From Eutreptiella sp. 'Long Island Sound 2002' (taxonomy: Eukaryota > Protista > Euglenida), in contig OZ038378.1 of the NCBI GenBank assembly GCA_964036045.1, positions 175,584,001 to 175,648,000 on the forward strand: a stretch of DNA of 64,000 nucleotides. The letters are read 5' to 3'. The position numbers were made by a program, and so were the translations under genes. Under the pieces are notes generated by a model. That model saw nothing but the letters and a program-made list of their open reading frames with translations, had not been told where the DNA came from and did no database searches. This document shows, piece after piece, positions 48,801 through 57,496 of this stretch (position 1 is its first letter; every line of letters begins with the position of its first letter).

Positions 48801-51800
48801 AACCATATTCAATCCATGCGGTGTGAATTTTGAATTTTATTATGCAACTTGGCTTTCATTTTCCCAAACCGTGTCATGCAGCATTGTGGGAGTTTGCAAA
48901 CATGCACACGAGCGAAAGGTGGGTGATCAGGAAAATGCTGTTTTTACCATCCTCGATGGTCCTGGATCACTTTCGGGGAAAATCGTTTTTAGCCCACTTC
49001 TGACCCAGGTGACCCCTGACCCTCGGCAGCATGTACAAAATGCGGCACTCTTAAGCGATGGAGTTGAAAGGTGCGGGTGTTGCGCAAGGGCCTACCAATG
49101 TTATCCCTCTTCCGTCGCCACGAGAGTTGTAGAGGCGACGCGCGGTATTTAGAGCTGTCCAGAAGAGCTCTGTCTACTCGGGGGGGGGGGGGGGATTTGA
49201 ACTCCGGTGTGGACCTTTTTGGCCTGAACCCAGGTCGACACGGGTGATGGCCGGATCAACAAGGTGCCAAAAAGTGAGGGAAGGTGTTGAATGCATTTGT
49301 CATCCGCCACAATCCTCTTTCATTCCCGAGTTGGCCAAAACACAGCATTTGTTGGCCATTTTCGACCATTTTGGAATCCACCTCCAACTGTGGGACCCAT
49401 AGCTGGCTGCCACTGTTGATTTTGTTCTGTGGATCAAACTTCGGACTCCAAGCTATCATCTACCAAAACTTGGGCCAAATGTGGGGTACCAAGGCGGAGG
49501 CATAATTTCGTTCCATTTCTCACCGGCTTGCTTTGTTGCTTGCTGGTAGATTGCCCACTTGAACGTTGCTTTTTACGATGCAATTCCTGTTCAACAGACT
49601 GCTGCACTTTTTTCGGGTCAGGGCTGGGGTCACTGAGCTGGTGCAGCCAGGAAGCTTTTCCAAGGCCATCAGGTTCTAGGATGGAAGGGGGTTTTCTAGC
49701 CAGCAGCAGGCTTCTCAAGACACTAACGGGAAAGCAGCGCAGATTTGTTCCACTTGACCGACTCTTGGACAAGCCAAATGGGAAGGGCAGGGAGCGCATT
49801 GCATGGGTGGGAGATGTTTCGAACGAGCACCCCGGTTGGATTGGATACAGACACATTGGCACGGCACAGCCCGCACGCATGGCCAATTCGGGGCCTTGAG
49901 AGCAGAGGGTGCAGTGCGACAAAGTGCAGAGGTGGCACAGACTTCATTCAGAACGGACTGCACTGATACAACCGGCGCCTCTTTGAAGATGGTGGTGCCC
50001 TTCTTGACACGCTTCTGCACTCTCACACATTTGTTCGGCGCAAGGCCGTGCGGCGGGCCTCCGGTGTACTTCACCTGAATGGGCTTGTCGGCCACTTTCG
50101 GCGCAAAGAACAGCTGCACAGGAAAGCGGCACAAGGCACGTCGCTGAGGTCAGGGCTCCTGTGCAGATCGGCTGCGTCGCCTGCCGTCTACAACAATTTC
50201 AAACTTATGACTGTTCGACTGGTGCACATTCCCTTTCCATTCACGGCCCCCCACTTATTTCTGGCGCCATGCGAAACCACTCGGTGCCACCGGACCAAAC
50301 GAAGCACCGGTGGTGCCCCCCTCTTGCTCTTTGGAAAGCGGTCTGCTTGTGTATTGTGCAGCAGAAATGACCGTGGACGTTGCTGCTGCGGAGTGGTGCG
50401 GGATCGCAGAGGTTGTGTAGAGGAGTGGTGGCGAACACCAGGCGGCTGACGGTTGACACAGTGGGCTCAGCTGATCCTTCCCTTGAAATAGTGCGTTGTG
50501 GAGCATGCCCTCTTTCAGCGGCCCTTTCTCAGAGACTGCGGCGCCTTTCTCAAGAGAGCTGCACAGCGCATAAAACCGTGAAACCGACGGCCCCTTATGC
50601 GGGCGCATACGTCCAGCTTCGTCTGCTCAATCAAATCCACAATTTCTTGATTTTCCGGCTGCAACTTGTTGGCGCTCTTCAAGTACTGCATGGCTGCGTC
50701 GTAGTCTCGGAGACTCCGACAATGCACAGCGGCCCGGAAGTATGCCTGTCGTGAGTGGGATCAAGGACACAAAATTGCATACTTCACCGTCCCCACCCCC
50801 TTGTGTGGTGCATTCATGACACACCTTTGGCCACTTGGGCGCCAGCTGCGTGCAAATTATGGCATCTTCTAGTCCTTTGTGATAGTCTTGAGCTTTGCCA
50901 TAAGCCGCCGACCTGATAGCCACGTAACCGCGAAGACAGAAGGCTCACACTGCAGGTTGCATAATGAGACAGAGGGTCGGGAACTGGAGACAGGAGGCAC
51001 AAGAAAGTCTTCGACTGCCTGTGCCTCCATTGTGTATCTGGTGTACTAATGTATCCTAAAAATGGATTTTTTTTGATTCCGTCAGCAAGACCCAAGGGTA
51101 AATTGCGCCCTTTTGATGCGCACTTTACTGTGTTAAGCAGTACCATTGAATAAACAAAGAGCTTCAAAGAACTTCGCTTATGCCTCTGTGCCCAGCTCGA
51201 CCTCCCCACGTCCCTTTGAGGGGTGAAACAGAGAAAGAGGTGCAAGGGGCCTTGCTTGCACCCAGGTGCCACTTTTGGCACAAATACCCAGAAAATTCCC
51301 CAAGCCAATACAGTACTATGGCAAAGTCATGCAGTATGAAACAAAATGAAATAAAATGCATGCAAGTAAATGATCCCAAATTTTCCCATATCTTCCCCCT
51401 TTTTCCCCATTTTTTCTATGGTCACAACCCGACTGACGCGCATCCCCTGTATTTCTCATGCCCTTTCTGCATTTCAACGAGGTTTTCAATCATTTTTCCA
51501 CAAAATTTCGGAAAGCTTCCCCATCTTTGCCCGCCTTTTGTTTTCCAAATTTCCTAATTTCCTAAGGCCCTGTTTCCCAGTAGTCTTCCCACAAGTGGGA
51601 AGCTTGGGGCCTTGATACTAGTCTATCATCTCAGCAGGGTCACAGTCGTATTGGAAGCCATCACCAATGGCAAGCACCAAGCCTAGCCCTCGAGCATCCT
51701 GCATATGCTTGCTCATGCACAGTCCCTTCAAGCTACAAACCTGCCACAGTTCTTCGGGCGCTTGGGTACATGAGCCCCTTCAAGCAGGTGGTGGTGCGAA

Positions 51801-54748
51801 TGGGGGTGGAGTGGGGATAAATTGGAGAAAACGCTGATTGGCAAAATCGAAGAAATGCTTGGAAAAATCCCAGCAATGTTGCAGTCAAATGTTGTGGACA
51901 CTGGGATGTCACTAGACAAAGGAAGCAGTACAGTTGGAAGAGATCTTGGTGGCATGCCAACCTCCACAACAGCCGAGCTCAACGTTGCTAGGATTTATCT
52001 CAACACATGTTCAGGTTGCTGTATATGTACCTGGAAAAGGTTGTCACATCGCGATCATTTTTGAGGTACAAATGCATACTTGGCGCTAAGGGGGAGTATC
52101 TGCACCGCATGCGCACTGTGTGAGCACCGCGTCAGGTATTTGAACAGCTTCTCCAGGAGATGGTCTACCAAGAGAGGAGTTGTAGATGGTACCTGGTGGG
52201 CTCTGAGGCGTTACCATTCCCCCTGATTGGCTCTGGATGAAAGGGTCCACGGAACAACCCCAGTATCCGCACCGCGCGCGCACTGCGGCAGGTACCCCTC
52301 CTAACACCTGCAACGGCAGGTGTCGGCAGGTTTCAGGCAGTTTGGTAAAGGCACGTGGAAACACACACACACACACACACACACAAACCACAGACTTACA
52401 TTAGGGGTATGCGCCCGCCAGCGCCAGACGACGGCTCCCCGCCAGACGACTGGAATTATGGGAATTATGGGGAATTATGGGGAATTATGGGGAATTATGG
52501 GGAATTATGGGGAATTATGGGGAATTATGGGGAATTATGGGGGAATTATGGTGGAATTTGGGTGGAATTATGGGGAATGATGGGGAATCATGGGGAATTA
52601 TGGTGGAATTATGGGGAATTATGGGGGAATTATGGGGAATTATGGGGAATTATGGGGAATTATGGGGAATTATGGAAAATTATGGGTGAATTATGGGGAA
52701 TTATGGGGAATTTCGGGGAATTATGGGGAATTTTGGGGAATTATGGGGGAATTGTGGCTTGGTTTTGATTCCTGATGTGTTGCTGTTTGTTCCTGATGGC
52801 TTGCTTTTGATGCTTCCCGATCGCTTGCTGTTGATTCCTGATGTGTTGCCCAGTTGCTGGTGATCCCTGCTGGTCTATTCTTGATTCGTGGTGGCTTGCC
52901 GTTCATTCCTGCTGGTTCGTTCTTGATTCCTAGTGGCTTGCTGTTGATTCTTGATCTGTTGCTTTTGACTGTTCCCTAGTTGCTGTTTATTCTGGCTAGT
53001 CTTGATTATGGTGGCCTACTGTTGATCCCTGCTGGTTTGTTCTTCATTCCCGGTGGCCTCATTTGCTTTGCCAGCTGCCCCTGGGAAATGTATTCCCTGG
53101 GGGCCTTGTATAGGTAGGCGAGTCGCACATAAAGAACATTGTTGTGAGGATGAAAGTCTGACATGTCTGTGGAAGCAAGGGGCCATACGACGACAAAAAA
53201 CAACGATCATCAACACAAGAAATGACATCCCATAATTCCCCATAATTCCCCATAATTCCACCATAATTCCCCCATAATTCCCCATAATTCCCCATAATTC
53301 CCCATAATTCCACCACCATTCCCCATAAGTCCCCATAATTCCACCATAATTCCCCATAATTTCACCCAAATTCCCCATAATTCCCCCATAATTCCCCATA
53401 ATTCCCCATAATTCCCCCATAATTCCCCATAATTCCCCATAATTCCACCATAATTCCCCCATAATTCCCCATAATTCCCCATAATTCCCCATAATTCCAC
53501 CACCATTCCCCATAAGTCCCCATAATTCCCCATAATTCCCCATAATTCCCCCATAATTCCCCATAATTCCCCCATAATTCCCCATAATTCCCCATAATTC
53601 CCCATAATTCCACCAATCCCAATCATCCCACTAGCAGCTGTTCGACAAGCCCACTATAGCCTTTAGGAATTATGGGAAATTTCCCCGCCACCGCCAGACG
53701 AACTTTCCCCGCCAGCGCCGCCAGCGATTTGGCGGGCGCATATCCCTGTTACATGTAGGGGAAACCCAGGCCATGCTCTGCAAAATAAAAGAAATATATC
53801 TTGGACTGATGGATTACGCACTGCACATGGGAAACATGATTCAAAGTGCCTGTGACACAACGCAACCAACAAAGTGCAATGACAGAGGGAAGAACACACT
53901 GATCCCTGCACACATACACACCACACAAGTCACAAAAAAGGTCCGGCAGGTGTCGGCAGGTGTCATAAAAAGTTGCAGCAGGTTACAGCGCCAAGTATGT
54001 ACATATGGGGCCAATGATAAAATGTGTGTGGCGGGGGTTGGGGGAGGGATGTTTCCAAGGGGAGGAACACACACAGGTGGTGGGGGGGGGGGGGGGGGGC
54101 GTCATCTTCCCCAAGGAGGCGGTCCCCGCGTGGCAGACAGCAATGAGGCAATGCATCCGTCAGACGGTCTGGCATGGATCTTGTTCTCGTTGTTTCCACA
54201 TGCTTGAGGCAGGGTTGCGCCTCCGATCCAGAGTATGTCAGCATTTGAATGTGCACAAGAATCAGCATGTTTTATGGGCAGGAAATTTGTGCAGGTAAAA
54301 AGAAATAGCAAAGTCGTGAATGACGTCCATGAGTGGAATGTACAAGAATTATGACCCCCCCAAAACAAGCAACAATTAATAACGAGCTAAGAGGGACACA
54401 AAGCACCAGAGGAGGACAACATTTTCCATACGTTGATTTGTATGGGGAAAAAATCACATTTGTATGACTTCATTTGTATGTCTCTGGGGTGGGACAAAAG
54501 AGGACAAAGGGCTCATTCTATCTCCTTTGTCGGTGCAAGTGGAAGTGTCATGTATCCCGCACAGCCCGGTCAAACACTCCATCCCCCAGCATCAGCCATA
54601 CCTGTTCGAAAGCAAGGTCGCATCTTCCGGGTCCTGCTCAATGCATTTCGTCAGGTATTCAATGGCCTTCTTGGGATCTTCTTCTGCCAATGCAGCACTG
54701 GCCATGTCATAGTGCACAGCCCATACCACAACAGTATGCCGGCACTTG
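24393..54748 (-). CDS. SMYD: TPR plus split-SET/MYND (SMYD-type) protein-lysine methyltransferase, at least 13 exons, about 525+ aa
   Basis: All 12 introns are GT-AG with matching phases. TPR motifs LLSNRSAAY and PKWPKAYFR; MYND CHHC...CKGCSARFCSTKC...H...C; SET NHSCSPN and GDEVLSNY; post-SET FQCHCTLC. The 5' end is unresolved (in-frame ATG at 54705, or an upstream exon). Confidence 0.9.
27885..27995 (-). CDS. SMYD: SMYD exon (SET catalytic motif)
   Basis: MDETEACGVGLFHLHASINHSCSPNVHLVSEEFLDHS; donor GTGTGT. Confidence 0.93.
28924..29001 (-). CDS. Candidate additional or cassette SMYD exon (phase 0-0)
   Basis: Acceptor GCGCTGCAG; VLPHWQRRCAARAYFIQARDDLQ(VHE); in-phase donors at 28932 and 28923. 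Not required to keep the frame. Confidence 0.35.
29835..29989 (-). CDS. SMYD: SMYD exon
   Basis: LNLEQFLKMVRRVALSCAKVTSNPFLMFCERV...AASK; donor GTTTGC. Confidence 0.85.
30606..30719 (-). CDS. SMYD: SMYD exon
   Basis: VSDDVHMFFNTVKAP...KSLVKPFYH; phase 1-1; donor GTATGC. Confidence 0.8.
30919..31054 (-). CDS. SMYD: SMYD exon
   Basis: PFAPFVHGHAGINQDHLAFDYRPAFVLLRSALLSNGREGLPALSE; phase-1 donor GTATGT. Confidence 0.82.
32719..32794 (-). CDS. SMYD: SMYD exon
   Basis: LAAKMFCVVVQSHVDNNISIEQSIQ; acceptor TGTGCAG, donor GTCAAT. Confidence 0.8.
33184..34720. repeat. Degenerate ~137-149-bp satellite interrupted by a MITE
   Basis: ATCTTGGTGCATCTGCCATCAGC...TTGATGGGGCTG recurs near 33184, 33333, 33472, 34481 and 34618. 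Confidence 0.75.
33501..34364. mobile_element. Tc1/mariner-type MITE, ~40-bp TIRs, TA target duplication
   Basis: TA|TCTCTCTCGGGGACATCCGGTTCCTGCCAACACAGAGC ... GCTCCGTGTTGGCATGAAACCCGGCGTCCCCGAGAGA|TA. Confidence 0.8.
35105..35176 (-). CDS. SMYD: SMYD exon (72 nt, phase 2-2)
   Basis: Acceptor GATGCAG; NAVLAHKTDAGLLQLMDVIISAV; donor GTATCC. The join gives WCR-NAVL...SAVR-LAAKMF. Confidence 0.7.
35520..36880. repeat. Degenerate long-period repeats followed by a ~40-bp repeat cluster
   Basis: GAGACYGAGGAGTGTGGCCCC blocks near 35661, 36071 and 36332; GAGGGTTCCGCCC...ATAGGGCACCA at about 36690, 36802 and 36842. Confidence 0.6.
37175..40367 (-). mobile_element. Non-LTR retrotransposon copy C, 5'-truncated in RT, frameshifted, (CA)n tail
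   Basis: LIPKGEGMLPMQQRPL, GFRKKRGATD, GLDYVKCFDLIP, GILQGCPLSV, ALGYADD, CPYCKATYETEEHMLWHC, then a C-terminal Cys/His domain. Tail at 37176-37216; CGTGTGTGT at 37175-37183 and 40368-40376. Confidence 0.9.
40378..42780 (-). mobile_element. Non-LTR retrotransposon copy B (divergent subfamily), truncated after the RT core
   Basis: IWGPSRPCRAKEIVF, EDEDHLLWRC, WPPCLQLCGL and SFMELALDFE are homologous to copies A and C. Both ends abut (GT)n on the + strand. Confidence 0.88.
42792..46368 (-). mobile_element. Non-LTR retrotransposon copy A, 5'-truncated just before RT, two frameshifts, (CA)n tail
   Basis: ORFs 45766-46350, 44625-45848 and 42957-44597 contain ATGLDGW, RPLSVLSQIYRVWAGIRL, GILQGCPLSV, YADD, CPFCGNVPEDEEHILWHC and FLELALDFE. 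Tail at 42794-42824; 5' junction (AC)8G. Confidence 0.93.
46590..46872. repeat. (GGTGTG)n / (CACACC)n hexamer microsatellites, partly inverted
   Basis: CACACC-like run near 46590-46615 faces GGTGTG runs at 46622-46657 and 46838-46872. Confidence 0.75.
46978..47139 (-). CDS. SMYD: SMYD exon (MYND)
   Basis: DWPGLAASRKPVRCKGCSARFCSTKCLEQAKKEYHAVQCN...FDDWC; phase-2 donor GTGTGC. Confidence 0.9.
47698..47786 (-). CDS. SMYD: SMYD exon (MYND start)
   Basis: ESVPACHHCMKSLVMFEDLRLPTAMQGLI; phase-2 donor GTGTGC. Confidence 0.88.
49943..50113 (-). CDS. SMYD: SMYD exon (SET N-terminal half)
   Basis: ...KCVRVQKRVKKGTTIFKEAPVVSVQSVLNE; donor GTCTGT. Confidence 0.88.
50611..50745 (-). CDS. SMYD: SMYD exon (TPR3)
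   Basis: AYFRAAVHCRSLRDYDAAMQYLKSANKLQPENQEIVDLIEQTKLD; donor GTATGC. Confidence 0.92.
50825..50912 (-). CDS. SMYD: SMYD exon (TPR2)
   Basis: SAAYGKAQDYHKGLEDAIICTQLAPKWPK; donor GTGTGT. Confidence 0.92.
52452..52750 (+). repeat. (GGAATTATGG)n 10-bp satellite, forward arm
   Basis: About 30 near-perfect copies; source of the MGNYGELWGI ORFs. Confidence 0.95.
52765..53060. repeat. Degenerate ~21-bp repeat in the spacer between the arms
   Basis: Variants of TTGATTCCTGATGGCTTGCTG. Confidence 0.6.
53230..53610 (-). repeat. (GGAATTATGG)n satellite, inverted arm
   Basis: About 38 copies of CCATAATTCC on the + strand. Confidence 0.95.
54602..54748 (-). CDS. SMYD: SMYD exon (TPR1)
   Basis: HYDMASAALAEEDPKKAIEYLTKCIEQDPEDATLLSN; phase-2 donor AG|GTATGG. 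The 5' boundary is tentative. Confidence 0.85.
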
Positions 54749-55195
54749 CTGAGAAATACAGCAGCAAAGAGGGTGCTTCCTCGCACAGCATGTGGTAGTA
54801 GGCGCGTCACCTACCGATGTTCTATGCCGGTTGGGCTTACATGGCACCGTGCGCCCGCACTGCACGCACCGGGCGAGAGGCACCCTCAAGGAAATTATTT
54901 GCAGTGCAATCACCGTGCTCTCCTTTGTAAAGAGAACAGAACAGAGTACAACGTGCATCTCTAACAGCTCGCCATGTATGAGCCACCCAGTGGCAGTTCA
55001 GCCTGAATTGCTTCAGTATTCCATGCCCCACAACCCCCACCACCCCACCCAATTCTCTTTCTTTTTGCAGTCTTGATCGCAGTTTGGAACAGAAGCCAAT
55101 ATGGACAGTATGACAGAAGGTCCCACCACAAAGATGGTCACAATTATGCGGTTGGTGGACCCGGCTGTGGAGGAAGTTAATGGGAGGTCTTTTCA

Positions 55196-55951
55196 TCCCC
55201 CCCCCCGTGCCCAAGAACCAGCAATGTTTGACTGCGGAACCAGGGGGCGGTTCTTGCGCACGCTTTTCCCCAAAAATTCGACCGCGGAACCAGGGGTTGG
55301 TTCTTGCGCATGACCGTGGGCAGCCCCGTACCACGGGAAAAAATTTTCCGGCGCGTTGCGCCGGCGTATGCGCGGCCTCTCCTTTCCCACAGTTAACCAC
55401 ATTGACAAATGAACACCAAAGGAGTTAATCTCAACTGACTGGGCTGTTGTGTGCCTTCCAACGTGCATGGAATGATCTTATGGTCAACTGCTTTGGACGT
55501 GAAACCCTTCTTCCTGTGATACACCATCCTGAATTCCTGTCTGTGCTGCCCCTTGGGGCCAGGCTTCGGTGTTGCGTTGGGCTTTGGAGCTGGCTCAGGC
55601 TTCGGCTTAGGCTTGGGTTCTGGGACGTTAAAATGCTTGGGGACTGCATCATCATCCATGATGTCCCTTGTGAAAAACAGCTTGTTGTTGAAGACATGTG
55701 CCAAGCCCCAGACTCCCCTGGCCTGCCCCGTCAGAGTCAGACCTGTCATCAGAGTCAAAGACATCCCCAAGGTCTGACCCTGAGTCACTGGAAGAATCTG
55801 CATCTGAGTCTGAATCACATGAAATGTTGTCGTGCACACCTGAATAGCTGTCCTGCATCCATGGTCCACCGTGGTAAAAAAAAGTGGTGCCGCGGAACCA
55901 GGGGGCGGTTCTTGCGCAAGGCGGTTCTTGGGCACAGGGGGGGGGGGGGGA
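55196..55951. mobile_element. MITE-like element with poly-C/poly-G TIRs and subterminal repeats
   Basis: C10-GTGCCCAAGAACC at left; GGTTCTTGGGCACA-G14 at right; GCGGAACCAGGGGG(C)GGTTCTTGCGCA three times internally. TSD not resolved. Confidence 0.65.
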
Positions 55952-56336
55952 CCTGCCTGAAATGACTTCAACCAGCCAACCCAAATGCATATTGCCCCCC
56001 AAACCTGCCAAAAATAGCAAAAGTTGCCGGCCAGAAAGGCCCAAAATGACGTTTGCTGATGCAACCAAAAGTAAAATTCCCCCACCAAATTAGAATTAGC
56101 TGAAATGAGTTTTGCCAGCTGGTCCTACCTGATAAAAAATACTACGGCCAGACCAATCCAATATTTTGTTATTTCTGAATTCCCCATTCAATTCTGAGCA
56201 TTTTGAATTTCCACAATTGTGGGTACAACCTGCTGCTATTCACCATGAGAGAATACAAAGGGCATTCTGGCAGACACACAAATGGACCTGCAAAGGCACC
56301 AAGGCACCCAATGAACAGCGTAAGGCTTGGATAGAC

Positions 56337-56371
56337 CTGCCTAAAAAATTGCTCCCCCCATTCATTGGCAT
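56337..56371 (-). CDS. Tentative first coding exon of the SMYD gene
   Basis: Strong polypyrimidine tract and CAG at 56385-56383, ATG 11 nt later (MPMNGGSNFLG). The phase-2 donor GTCTAT matches the phase-2 acceptor at 54748. Confidence 0.35.
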
Positions 56372-57200
56372 AGTTTTGGGGTCTGGAGATTAGGGGCAGG
56401 GAGTGGGAAAGGGAGGCGGGACTCAAACCAGTCCCTAAGCGAACCGCCCTCTCAAGTATCTGTCGCAACACTTTGGGGGTGTGTGGGATTACCCAGAAAA
56501 GGTTAGGGTGAGGAGGCGCAGCACTGGGTGGGGGGGAGGGGGTATGGTATGGTACGGTATGGGCATGGTATGGTGTAGTAACCCCCCCCCCTTGTATAAG
56601 CTGCGCAAAAATCCCAAATTAATACGTCCCTATGCCCACTGTAGCTTGGACAAGGCTGTAGACGCCCGGGTTCAAAAAGAGAAGATTGCACGGTGAGCTG
56701 GTGCAAGAAAGGGGAATATAATGCACAAATATCCCCGAAATAAGAGCTATGTGGGTTCAAGTGGGCAAACACTCACAACAAATGTGTCCATGACCCTACG
56801 TAACTGGCAAATGTGTCACCTAATCCATGTCTTATGTGGCTGCACTACATTTGTACCGAATCAAATTAGGTACCAAATTAATACGGTCCCTACGCCTACT
56901 CGAGCTTGGACAAGGGCGTAGCTTATCTGCAGAGCGGTGGAAAGTCCAGCAATACGTCCCCACCGACAGACGTATGCCCTCATCAAGTATCACGCGGCGG
57001 AGCCGCGACACACATTGTCCCATCTGTCCAGCGAGGCGCCACCGCTCCTCCTCAGACACGGCGCCGGAGGCGCCGCCACAGTTCGTCAGGATAGGCCAGG
57101 TCTCCCTCCCTACCCTCAGCAGGAACTGGGTTGAGCTGGCTTGTACCTCCAAAAAAGCAAACCCCCCCCATGTCGTCCACTACGATGAACCCCCAGCGGC

Positions 57201-57271
57201 CTGCCCGCCGGGATTCGAACCCACGACCGATGACGTGGGTGACAAGCGTGTTTCCGATATGCTATTGTCCG
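57201..57271 (-). other. tRNA-derived (Asp-GTC-like) segment with Pol III A and B boxes in the LINE 3' UTR; not an intact tRNA
   Basis: A-box TAGCATATCGG (57264-57254), TTGTCAC loop, B-box GGTTCGAATCC (57221-57211), 32-nt spacing. The acceptor stem does not pair. Confidence 0.55.
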
Positions 57272-57496
57272 ATGTGCTGTGCACCGGCCGCTCCAACCAC
57301 CAGGCCTCTCCACCCCCCGCTGGCCTCAGCTGTTGCTGCTGCGGTTTGCACTTAGTGCAGACCTTCAAGGCTCAAATCGGCCACGTCGGCCGATCTCCGG
57401 TTGCGTGTCCGCCGCCTTCGCCACCAACGGTGACTAGGGAGCCACGCGTGTTTCTGGTATGCTCCTCCCCTATGTCCTCTCTCGTCCTGCCCTCAC

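Larger units (their letters stand above)
52402..53748. mobile_element. Non-autonomous TIR element with 19-bp YAGGG TIRs and a 6-bp TSD, carrying inverted 10-bp satellite arms
   Basis: TAGGGGTATGCGCCCGCCA at 52402; TGGCGGGCGCATATCCCTG ending at 53748; TTACAT directly at 52396-52401 and 53749-53754. Confidence 0.85.

Noticed and set aside
52355-53626. Many MGNYGELWGI-repeat ORFs
   Set aside because: Translation of a 10-bp satellite inside a TIR element within an intron.
57201-57271. Functional tRNA-Asp gene
   Set aside because: Acceptor, D and anticodon stems do not pair; kept only as a tRNA-derived segment.
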